DNA of 64,000 nucleotides from Phycisphaerae bacterium (GTDB taxonomy: Bacteria > Planctomycetota > Phycisphaerae > UBA1845 > Fen-1342). Position 1 is the first letter of the stretch; the number at the start of each line of letters is the position of its first letter. Both the position numbers and the translations under genes were made by a program. The stretch is taken from positions 320,001-384,000 of the forward strand of contig CAXXWX010000015.1 of assembly GCA_963675745.2 (NCBI GenBank). The letters are read 5' to 3'. This document shows, piece by piece, positions 18,122 to 26,360 of this stretch. The notes under the pieces were generated by a model, which worked only from the letters and a program-made list of their open reading frames with translations, was not told the origin of the DNA and did no database searches.

Positions 18122-19378
18122 ATGGCTATCGCTCCCGATTCAGAAGCTATTTCACTCACCAGAGACGATAGCGGTGAGGATCGCTGGACGCTCAATTTCG
18201 GCCCGCAGCATCCGGCCACTCACACTACACTGCACCTCGTGCTGGAGCTCGACGGTGAGCGCGTCATCAGCGCCACCCCCCACATCGGTTACCTGCACAG
18301 CGGGTTCGAAAAACTCGGCGAACATCTGAATTACAACCAGTACGTCGTCGTAACCGACCGCATGAACTACGTCTCGCCGATCGCCAACAACATCGCCTGG
18401 CACCATGCCTGCGAGAAGCTCTTCGGAATCGAGATTACGCCGCGCTGCAAGGCCATCCGCACGATCTGCGGCGAGCTGGCCCGCATACAGGACCACCTCG
18501 TATGTCTGGGCTGCACGGGGCTGGATCTTGGCGGATTCACGGCGTTTCTGTTCGCTTTCAACGACCGCGAGCCGATCAACGACCTGTTTGAAGAGCTCTG
18601 CGGGGCACGCTTCACCGTCAGCTATACGCGCGTCGGTGGGCTGGCCTGCGATCTGCCGCCCGGCTGGACCGACAGGGTACTGCACTACATGCGCGACGTG
18701 CTGCCCAAGGCGCTCCACGACATGGACACCCTGCTCACGCGCAACCGCATCTTCGTCGAACGCACCAAGGGCGTCGGTGTCGTCACCCACGACGAGGCCA
18801 TCAACTGGTCGCTGACCGGGCCGGTCGCACGCGGCAGCGGAGTGCGGCGTGATGTTCGCAAGGATGAGCCGTACCTGTGCTTCGCCGACAATTGGGATGG
18901 CCGGGGCGCGCCGGCCGTTGACTTCAAAGTCGCGGTCGCGCACGGGGGCGATGTCTTCAGCCGCTACCTCGTGCGTCTCGAGGAAGTGCGCCAGTCGTGC
19001 CGCATAATCGAGCAGGTCATCAAGATGCTGCCCGACGGGCCGATCAATGTGTTCGATAGCGAGAAACTGACCCTGCCGGACAAACGCGAGATTCACTTCT
19101 CGATCGAGGGGCTGATTCACCACTTCGAGAAAGTGATGACCAATCGCGGGCTGGCACCCCCCGTCGGTGAGGCGTACGGTTCGGTCGAAGCGCCCAACGG
19201 TGAGTTGGGCTTCTTCCTGGTTAGTGATGGAGGCAACGCAGCCTACCGCGCGAGCTGCCGGCCGCCGAGCTTCATTCACTTTCAGGTGTTTCCCAAGATG
19301 ATCGTCGGGCACCAGATCAGCGATGTGGTCGCGGTGCTTAACAGCTTGAATATCATCGCGGCGGAGTTGGATCGGTAG
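18122..19378 (+). CDS. nuoD: NADH-quinone oxidoreductase subunit D
   Basis: NFGPQHPATH, IGYLHSGFEK, EAPNGE and ELDR. Confidence 0.97.
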   Translation: MAIAPDSEAISLTRDDSGEDRWTLNFGPQHPATHTTLHLVLELDGERVISATPHIGYLHSGFEKLGEHLNYNQYVVVTDRMNYVSPIANNIAWHHACEKLFGIEITPRCKAIRTICGELARIQDHLVCLGCTGLDLGGFTAFLFAFNDREPINDLFEELCGARFTVSYTRVGGLACDLPPGWTDRVLHYMRDVLPKALHDMDTLLTRNRIFVERTKGVGVVTHDEAINWSLTGPVARGSGVRRDVRKDEPYLCFADNWDGRGAPAVDFKVAVAHGGDVFSRYLVRLEEVRQSCRIIEQVIKMLPDGPINVFDSEKLTLPDKREIHFSIEGLIHHFEKVMTNRGLAPPVGEAYGSVEAPNGELGFFLVSDGGNAAYRASCRPPSFIHFQVFPKMIVGHQISDVVAVLNSLNIIAAELDR

Positions 19379-19403
19379 CGCCGGGCCACTGTGCCCGACG
19401 AAT

Positions 19404-19484
19404 GACCGGCTGGAAGCCGGTCCCACATTGGGAGTTGGGCTCACATTGGGAATCGGGCTCACACTGGGAGTTGGTTGCACATTG
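19404..19484 (+). repeat. REP-like hairpin followed by an 18-bp tandem repeat (about 3.4 copies) between nuoD and nuoE
   Basis: GACCGGC-TGGAA-GCCGGTC, then units CACATTGGGAGTTGGGCT, CACATTGGGAATCGGGCT, CACACTGGGAGTTGGTTG, CACATTG at 19424, 19442, 19460 and 19478. Confidence 0.85.
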
Positions 19485-19511
19485 TAAGTCGAGCAACGCG
19501 GAGCAGACGCG

Positions 19512-20078
19512 GTGGCGTGGCAAACGATCGATCGCAAGACGGTATCCGATGAACGGCTTGGACCGGGGCTGAGCGCGGCGGTCAAGGACAAGATCCGCTC
19601 GTTCTTCCCGCGCTATCCGGACAAAAAGGCGGCCATGCTGCCGGCGCTGCACATCGCCCAGGAGGCCAACGGGTACATCTCGCTGCGCGCAATCCGCGAG
19701 ATCGCCGAGGTGCTGGAAGTTCCGCCGGCGGCCGTCATGGACGTCGTCTCGTTTTACACGCACTTCTGGACACATCCGCGCGGCCGCAAGGTCATCTGCG
19801 TCTGCCGCTCGCTGACCTGCGAACTGATGGGCGGCAAGACGCTGCTGGAGCTGCTCAAGGAAAAGCTCGGCATCGGCGAACATGAAACCACGCCGGACGG
19901 CGAATACTCTCTGATGACCGAGGAATGCCTGGCGGCCTGTGATCACGGCCCGTGCATGCTGATCAACGAAAAGCTGCACAAGTGCGTGCGGCCCGAGGAT
20001 CTGGACCGCATCCTCGCCGACCCGGACAACGACAAACTCGACGTGCCGCGCAGCGACCTGTTTGACGCGCCCGAATGA
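19512..20078 (+). CDS. nuoE: NADH-quinone oxidoreductase subunit E
   Basis: CRSLTC and ECLAAC 2Fe-2S ligands. Confidence 0.95.
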   Translation: MAWQTIDRKTVSDERLGPGLSAAVKDKIRSFFPRYPDKKAAMLPALHIAQEANGYISLRAIREIAEVLEVPPAAVMDVVSFYTHFWTHPRGRKVICVCRSLTCELMGGKTLLELLKEKLGIGEHETTPDGEYSLMTEECLAACDHGPCMLINEKLHKCVRPEDLDRILADPDNDKLDVPRSDLFDAPE

Positions 20079-20097
20079 GGCACCACGGATTTTGCAC

Positions 20098-21504
20098 ATG
20101 AGCTTTGAACCCGTATTGATGCGAAACGTCGGCGTGGCCAACAGCCCCTCGATCGACGTGTACAAGTCCGCCGGCGGGTATGCGGGCGCCGCCAAAGCGC
20201 TGGCAATGACCGCCGACGAGCTGGTCAGTCTGGTCAAGCAGGCCAACCTGCGCGGACGCGGCGGTGCCGGATTCCCGGCGGGCGTGAAGTGGACCTTCCT
20301 GCCGCCCGATCGCGAGGTCACCTATCTCTGCGTCAATTGCGATGAATCCGAGCCGCCCACCTTCTGCAACCGGATCACCGTCGAGCAAGACCCGCACATG
20401 TTGCTCGAAGGCATCCTGATCGCCGGCTACGCCACCAGGACCACCACCGCGTATATCTACATGCGCGGCGAGTTCATGGAGCAGTTCCACATCCTGCAAA
20501 AGGCCATCGACGAGGCGTACGCCGCCGGCTATTTCGGCAAAGACATCCTCGGCAGCGGATACGACCTTGACTGCTACATTCATCGCGGGGCGGGCGCCTA
20601 CGTTTGCGGCGAGGAAACCGGCCTGATCGAGAGCCTGGAGGGCAAGCGCGGCTGGCCGCGGATCAAACCGCCGTTTCCCGCCGTGGAGGGTGCCTTTGGC
20701 AAGCCGACGGTGGTCAACAACGTCGAGACGCTGGCCTGCCTGCCCCATATTCTCACGCGCGGACTCGACTGGTGGAACGCGCTCGGCACCGAGAACTCCA
20801 AGGGCCCCAAGATGTACTGCATCAGCGGCCCGGTTATGCGGCCGGGCTGCTACGAAGCGCCACTGGGCCTGCCGCTGCGCGAGTTGATTTACGGCGAGCA
20901 GTACGGCGGCGGCATGCGCGACAGCAAAAAGGTAAAGGCCGTCTTTCCCGGCGGGCTGTCGATGGGCGTGTTGCGCGGCGATCTCTTTCCGAAAAACCCC
21001 GGCGAGAAGATAGACACCGCGCAGGATTACGACGAGCTCGACTGCCTGCTTGATTTCGACGATGTGCGCCGCTACGGCATTCTGGGGCTGGGCACCGCCG
21101 CCGCGGTTGTCGTGCCCGAAGACACCGATATCCGCGACGTGCTGGCCAACGTCGCGCGCTTTTACGCGCTCGAATCGTGCGGCCAATGCACGCAGTGCCG
21201 CGAGGGCACCAACTGGATGTACGGCATCGCGCGCCGCATACAATCCGGCGCCGGCCGCATCTACGACCTCGACCTCTTGACCGAGGTCACCAGAAACATG
21301 GGCATGATGCCCGGCCTGAGCATCTGCGGGCTCTCGGACGGAGCCGCCTGGCCGATCCGCATGTTGGTGGAGAGATTCCGCAAGGAGTTTGAGCAGCGCA
21401 TCGGCGAGCAGCCGGCCGGTGCGGCGGAAGATACGATCAGAAAGACCAACCCGGCCGCGTACGCTCTGCCCATTGCCGGCCGCGTACCGGTCGAGTCGTT
21501 GTAG
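20098..21504 (+). CDS. nuoF: NADH-quinone oxidoreductase subunit F
   Basis: LRGRGGAGFPAG, GAGAYVCGEET and ESCGQCTQCREG. Confidence 0.97.
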   Translation: MSFEPVLMRNVGVANSPSIDVYKSAGGYAGAAKALAMTADELVSLVKQANLRGRGGAGFPAGVKWTFLPPDREVTYLCVNCDESEPPTFCNRITVEQDPHMLLEGILIAGYATRTTTAYIYMRGEFMEQFHILQKAIDEAYAAGYFGKDILGSGYDLDCYIHRGAGAYVCGEETGLIESLEGKRGWPRIKPPFPAVEGAFGKPTVVNNVETLACLPHILTRGLDWWNALGTENSKGPKMYCISGPVMRPGCYEAPLGLPLRELIYGEQYGGGMRDSKKVKAVFPGGLSMGVLRGDLFPKNPGEKIDTAQDYDELDCLLDFDDVRRYGILGLGTAAAVVVPEDTDIRDVLANVARFYALESCGQCTQCREGTNWMYGIARRIQSGAGRIYDLDLLTEVTRNMGMMPGLSICGLSDGAAWPIRMLVERFRKEFEQRIGEQPAGAAEDTIRKTNPAAYALPIAGRVPVESL

Positions 21505-21579
21505 CAAACAGGACCGTGGAACGAATTCGCAACCCGTGGACCGGGGCCGGCCCGGTCAACCACTGGTGACGAGGCACTG

Positions 21580-23181
21580 ATGCCCAAGATCATCATCGAC
21601 GGTAAGGAAGTCGAGTGCCGCGGCGGTATCCCCGTCTTGCAGGCCGCGCTCGAAGCCGGCTTCCGCGTCCCCTATTACTGCTATCATCCCGGCTTGTCCG
21701 TATCGGCGAGCTGTCGCCTGTGCCTGATGGAAATGAAGATGCCCCACCCGCAGACCCGCGAGCTGGGGTGGGCGCCCAAGCTGTTTCCGGCTTGCCAGAC
21801 ACCGGTCAAAGACGGCATGGAGGTGCGTTTTAATTCGGACGCGGTCAAGGGCAACCAGGAGCGCGTGCTCGAATACTACCTGCTGAATCACCCCCTGGAT
21901 TGTCCCGTGTGTGACAAGGCCGGCGAGTGCTACCTGCAGGACTACTCCGAGGAATTCGGCCAGGCCGCCTCCCGGATGGTCGAAGACAAGCACAAAAACC
22001 CGAAGAAGGACATCGGCTCCAAAACCCTGCTGTACTCCGACCGTTGCGTGGTCTGCACACGCTGCGTGCGCTTCACCGAGGAGATCACCGGCTCCGGCGA
22101 ACTCACCGTGGTCAACCGCGGCAGCCGTAGCGAAATCGACGTCTTCCCCGGCGTTGGATTGGAAAACCCGCTCCAGGGCAACGTGGTTGACCTGTGCCCG
22201 GTGGGGGCGTTGCTCAGCAAGGACTTCCTGTTCAAGCAGCGCGTCTGGATGCTCAAGTCCACAAAATCGGTCTCGCCGGCCGACTCCTCCGGCAGCACCA
22301 TCCACATCGATCACAACGACGGCACGATTTACCGCATCCGTCCGAGGTTTAACGAGAAGACCAACGAGTGGTGGATCAGTGATGAGGCCCGCTTTGAGTG
22401 GGCTTACGTTCACAACGAGCAACGGCTCAGACAACCGACACACCGGGTCGATGACGGGCAACCCCCGGTCGCCTGGGAGGCGCTGCCGCGGCTGCTGCGC
22501 GAGCGCTTTGAGCGGGCGGCACACGGCAACGGCGGAACGTCGGTAGGCGCCGTGCTCAGCCCGATGATGAGCTGTGAAGAAGCCTATTTGCTGGCCGGGT
22601 TCATCCGCGAAGTCGCACCGCAAGCCACGCTCGCCTGTGGATTTGTGCCCTGCGAGGGCGAAGACCGCGTATTCCCCAAGGGCTTCACCATCAAAGCCGA
22701 GAAGTGCCCCAACCGCCGCGGCATCGAGACCATCATCGAGCATTTCGGCGGCAACACCGCCACCTGGCCCGCATTTCTCGAGCAGCTCGCCGGCGGAAAA
22801 TACGCCGCGGTCTACGTCTATGGCGGCTATCCCAAGGCCTGGATCACGACCAAGGCGGTCGAAGCTCTCGCAAAGGCCGGCTTCGTCGCACTGCACGACC
22901 TGTTCCCCTCGCAGCTCAGCGAGCGCGCCGCACTTGTCGTGCCCGCCGCGGCCTGGGCCGAGCGCGAAGGTTCATTCATGAACCATGCCGGATTACTCCA
23001 GCCGTTTGAGCGCGCCATCGCGCCGCCCGACGGCGTGAAATTCGACGGCCAGTTCTATTGGGAGCTCGCCGGCGGCACCGGGCTGTACCGGGCCGCAAAC
23101 GTACGTGAACAGATGGCCGCCAAAATGCCGGCCTTTGCGGACGTGTTTACGCCGCGACCCGAACCCGAATACGCACATTGA
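21580..23181 (+). CDS. nuoG: NADH-quinone oxidoreductase subunit G (short form)
   Basis: YCYHP...CRLC, HPLDCPVCDKAGEC, CVVCTRC...LCPVG. Confidence 0.93.
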   Translation: MPKIIIDGKEVECRGGIPVLQAALEAGFRVPYYCYHPGLSVSASCRLCLMEMKMPHPQTRELGWAPKLFPACQTPVKDGMEVRFNSDAVKGNQERVLEYYLLNHPLDCPVCDKAGECYLQDYSEEFGQAASRMVEDKHKNPKKDIGSKTLLYSDRCVVCTRCVRFTEEITGSGELTVVNRGSRSEIDVFPGVGLENPLQGNVVDLCPVGALLSKDFLFKQRVWMLKSTKSVSPADSSGSTIHIDHNDGTIYRIRPRFNEKTNEWWISDEARFEWAYVHNEQRLRQPTHRVDDGQPPVAWEALPRLLRERFERAAHGNGGTSVGAVLSPMMSCEEAYLLAGFIREVAPQATLACGFVPCEGEDRVFPKGFTIKAEKCPNRRGIETIIEHFGGNTATWPAFLEQLAGGKYAAVYVYGGYPKAWITTKAVEALAKAGFVALHDLFPSQLSERAALVVPAAAWAEREGSFMNHAGLLQPFERAIAPPDGVKFDGQFYWELAGGTGLYRAANVREQMAAKMPAFADVFTPRPEPEYAH

Positions 23182-23214
23182 CAGTACTTGCAACCGCTGA
23201 AACCGGGACACAAG

Positions 23215-24549
23215 ATGGCAGTTGAGGCAACCAAAGGCACGATCGATCCGATCCTGCGAAAACCAGCCGTCACGTTTGGGATCATAATCGTCGGCGGCAT
23301 AGCGGCCGGCGTGGGCGGGTGGCTTATCACCTTGATCCCGTGGGCGCGCGACCTGCTGACCTGGCTGCTGGCCGATCCGTTCCTCTTTGCGCTGGTGCTG
23401 ATGGTCTCGGTGTTTGCGCTGATCATGACCGGAACCGCCGTCTGCATTCTCGCCGAGCGCAAGCTGGCGGCGTATATGCAGGACCGTCACGGCCCCAATC
23501 GCGTGGGCTATATCGGCATCTTTCAACCGGCCGCGGACGGGCTGAAGTTCATGTTGAAAGAGGACATTGTCCCCAAGAACGTCGACAAACCGCTCTTTCT
23601 TTTGGCGCCCGCGCTGGCGTTGACCGTGGCGCTGTCGACATTCCTGGTGATCCCGTGGATGGGGCAGTTCCGCTGGCCCTGGATGGCGGCCGACGCCGCC
23701 GTCGTCAGCGGCCAGGTGGTCAGCATCAATATCGGCTTCTTCTATATTCTGGCGGTCTCATCCATGGGCGTGTATGGCGTGGTGATGGCCGGCTATGCGA
23801 GCAACAACAAGTACTCGTTTTTGGGCGGCATGCGCGGCGCCGCCCAGATGCTCAGCTACGAGGTGCCGCTCGGCCTGGGCCTGCTGGTGATCCTGATGGC
23901 CACCGGTACGCTGCGCCTGGAAGAGATCGTCCAGCAACAGATCGCCGGGACCTGGAACGTCTTCCTCTACCCGATCCCGTTCCTGCTGGTGCTGACGGCG
24001 GTATTCGCCGAGACGAATCGCCTGCCGTTTGACCTGGCCGAAGGCGAACAGGAGCTGGTCGGCGGATTTCACACCGAATACAGCTCGATGAAATTCGCCA
24101 TGTTCTTCCTCGGCGAATATGCCCACCTGATGGTCGGCAGCGCGCTGCTGATCGCGCTGTTCTTCGGCGGATACGCACCCGTGCCGTTTTTGTCGCTGGG
24201 AACCAGCGCCGAGCCGGTGGGCTGGATGACCGCGCTCGTGCAATTCGGCATCTACTGGGCCAAGATATACCTCTTCGTCGGGTTCTTTATGCTGGTGCGC
24301 TGGACGATTCCGCGGTTTCGCTATGACCAACTGATGCGCATGGCCTGGCAAGGACTGATCCCAATCGGCGTGGTGATGGTCATCATCACCGGCGCGTTGA
24401 TGGCCATGGGGCTCGAACGAAACCTGTTCGCGTGCCTCGGGTCGAATATCGTCGCGGCGATCGCGCTGCTTATCGCCGCCGGCTGCAAACGAGACCCCGT
24501 GACCGGACGTCAGGCAAACATGCCCCAACTGGATGTGCGATTGGGGTAG
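23215..24549 (+). CDS. nuoH: NADH-quinone oxidoreductase subunit H (N-terminal extension)
   Basis: ERKLAAYMQDRHGPNRVG, ETNRLPFDLAEGEQEL and PRFRYDQLM. Confidence 0.96.
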   Translation: MAVEATKGTIDPILRKPAVTFGIIIVGGIAAGVGGWLITLIPWARDLLTWLLADPFLFALVLMVSVFALIMTGTAVCILAERKLAAYMQDRHGPNRVGYIGIFQPAADGLKFMLKEDIVPKNVDKPLFLLAPALALTVALSTFLVIPWMGQFRWPWMAADAAVVSGQVVSINIGFFYILAVSSMGVYGVVMAGYASNNKYSFLGGMRGAAQMLSYEVPLGLGLLVILMATGTLRLEEIVQQQIAGTWNVFLYPIPFLLVLTAVFAETNRLPFDLAEGEQELVGGFHTEYSSMKFAMFFLGEYAHLMVGSALLIALFFGGYAPVPFLSLGTSAEPVGWMTALVQFGIYWAKIYLFVGFFMLVRWTIPRFRYDQLMRMAWQGLIPIGVVMVIITGALMAMGLERNLFACLGSNIVAAIALLIAAGCKRDPVTGRQANMPQLDVRLG

Positions 24550-24553
24550 GAGA

Positions 24554-24589
24554 GAGGCCACGAGGCCACTGGGCCACTAGGCCACGAGG
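24554..24589 (+). repeat. Octamer array (GAGGCCAC) between nuoH and nuoI
   Basis: gaggccac gaggccac tgggccac taggccac gagg. Confidence 0.8.
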
Positions 24590-24629
24590 TTGGAAGAGAA
24601 ACAGAGAGTTACGCTGAGGTTTTGGCGCG

Positions 24630-25220
24630 ATGCGCGATGAAGATGTTGTAGTTGTTGATATCCCCGAGCTCTCCGCCGCTGAGCGGTTTTACCTCCCCCA
24701 GATTTTCGGGGGGTTCATCGTCACCCTGCGGCATCTGTTTTCACGCAAGTTGCGCGACGATCGTGTCGTCAAGTACCCCGACGCGCGACGCAAACTGCGC
24801 GTCGAGAATTACCGCGGCGTACACCGGTTGAACAAGGACCCGGACGGCCGCGTCGCTTGTGTGGCCTGCTTCATGTGTTCGACAGCCTGCCCGGCACACT
24901 GCATCCACATCGAGGCCGGCGAATCTCCCTGGCCCGATCGTGAGAAGTACCCGGTCAAGTTCGACATAGACGAGTTGCGTTGCATCTACTGCGGCATGTG
25001 CGAAGAGGCCTGCCCGGTGGACGCGATTGAGCTCACGCCTTTTCATGACCTCGTCAGCCAGACTCGTGAGGAAATGATCTACGACAAGGCGAAGCTCTTG
25101 CAGGTGTTTGACGAAACCGTGGAGATCAAGCCGCGGAAGAACCCCGCGGTGACCGACTATGGTTTGACGGGCGGCCAGAGCAAGGCCGTGGCCGAGCCGA
25201 CCGCGCGGTCCAAGATCTAG
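24630..25220 (+). CDS. nuoI: NADH-quinone oxidoreductase subunit I
   Basis: Two CxxCxxCxxxCP ferredoxin motifs. Confidence 0.96.
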   Translation: MRDEDVVVVDIPELSAAERFYLPQIFGGFIVTLRHLFSRKLRDDRVVKYPDARRKLRVENYRGVHRLNKDPDGRVACVACFMCSTACPAHCIHIEAGESPWPDREKYPVKFDIDELRCIYCGMCEEACPVDAIELTPFHDLVSQTREEMIYDKAKLLQVFDETVEIKPRKNPAVTDYGLTGGQSKAVAEPTARSKI

Positions 25221-25354
25221 CGACCACGGAGAAGTGGCGGTATAGTCCCGGTTCACTTTCGCCGCGGTTAAAATCGCCGTGGCCGTCATCCGTGGCCGTG
25301 CGTGCCGGGACGCCCGTCGCGGGTAGTTGTGAAAAACACGAACGAGCGAGGCGT

Positions 25355-26044
25355 ATGGGCTACCTGCTCCTGTTTCTGGCAGTCCTTGGTGGTTTTGGGC
25401 TCCTCCTGGCCATGCCGGGTGGGCTTCAAAACCTCAGGCTTTTGGGCTATGTGCTGCTGCTCGCGGCCGCCGTAACGGTTGTGCTGGTTCTGACGCAGCA
25501 GATGACCGCGGGCGGGCACGCGACGTGGTTTGTGGCCCTGGCTCTGATCGGCCTGTGGGGCGCGGTCCGCGTAATAACGCACACCAAGCCGGTCTACAGC
25601 GCGATGTACTTCCTGCTCGTCGTGATTGCGGCTGCCGGCTTGCTCCTGCTCGCTCAGGCGGAGTTCCTGGCGGCGGCACTGCTGATCATCTACGCCGGCG
25701 CCATTCTGGTCACATACGTGTTCGTCATCATGCTCGCACAGCACTCCGGCGGGCCGGCGCCATACGATCGCAAGGCACGCGAACCGTTCCTCGGTTGCCT
25801 GACCGGATTCGTATTGCTCGGCGTGATCGGGGCCCGGATGATCCTGGCCCAGCCGGCAGTCGAGACGGCCCCGGCCGGCATGTCGCCCGACGCCGTTGGA
25901 ACGGTCCAGCGCGTGGGCACACACCTGCTGACCACCTACATGATCGGAATCCAGATCACCGGTGTATTGCTGCTGGCCGCGATGGTAGGCGCCATCGCCA
26001 TCGCCCGTCGCCGCCCGTTGCCGGAAGAGGAGGTGGAGGTCTGA
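25355..26044 (+). CDS. nuoJ: NADH-quinone oxidoreductase subunit J
   Basis: PVYSAMYF and AEFLAAALLIIYAGAILV. Confidence 0.93.
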   Translation: MGYLLLFLAVLGGFGLLLAMPGGLQNLRLLGYVLLLAAAVTVVLVLTQQMTAGGHATWFVALALIGLWGAVRVITHTKPVYSAMYFLLVVIAAAGLLLLAQAEFLAAALLIIYAGAILVTYVFVIMLAQHSGGPAPYDRKAREPFLGCLTGFVLLGVIGARMILAQPAVETAPAGMSPDAVGTVQRVGTHLLTTYMIGIQITGVLLLAAMVGAIAIARRRPLPEEEVEV

Positions 26045-26358
26045 TGCTCTTGCCTTACCTGCTCGTGGGGGCGGCGTTCTTCGCGCTCGGCCTGATCGGC
26101 TTTCTAACCCGCCGCAATCTGATCATCATGTTCCTCTGCACCGAATTGATGGTGCAGGGCATCGTGGTGAACCTGATCGGCTTTGCACGCTTTCCGCTGG
26201 ACGGCGGCCCGCCCCAGTTCATCGGGCACGCCTTCGCACTGTTTCTGCTGGCGATAGCCGCGGCCGAAGCCGCGTTGGCGCTGGCGCTGGTGGTGTTGCT
26301 CTATCGTTACCAGGGTCTGCTCGACGCAGGCGTCTGGACGAATCTGAAGGATGACTGA
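26044..26358 (+). CDS. nuoK: NADH-quinone oxidoreductase subunit K
   Basis: RRNLIIMFLCTELM and IAAAEAA; TGATG overlap with nuoJ. Confidence 0.93.
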   Translation: MLLPYLLVGAAFFALGLIGFLTRRNLIIMFLCTELMVQGIVVNLIGFARFPLDGGPPQFIGHAFALFLLAIAAAEAALALALVVLLYRYQGLLDAGVWTNLKDD

Positions 26359-26360
26359 CG

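Noticed and set aside
19424..19484. Possible mini CRISPR array
   Set aside because: Units are contiguous 18-mers with no unique spacers, and there are no cas genes.
19963..21507. Long antisense ORFs (514 aa here; also 18152-19591, 21556-22896, 49447-50655 and others)
   Set aside because: Shadow ORFs opposite well-supported genes, expected from GC3 bias.
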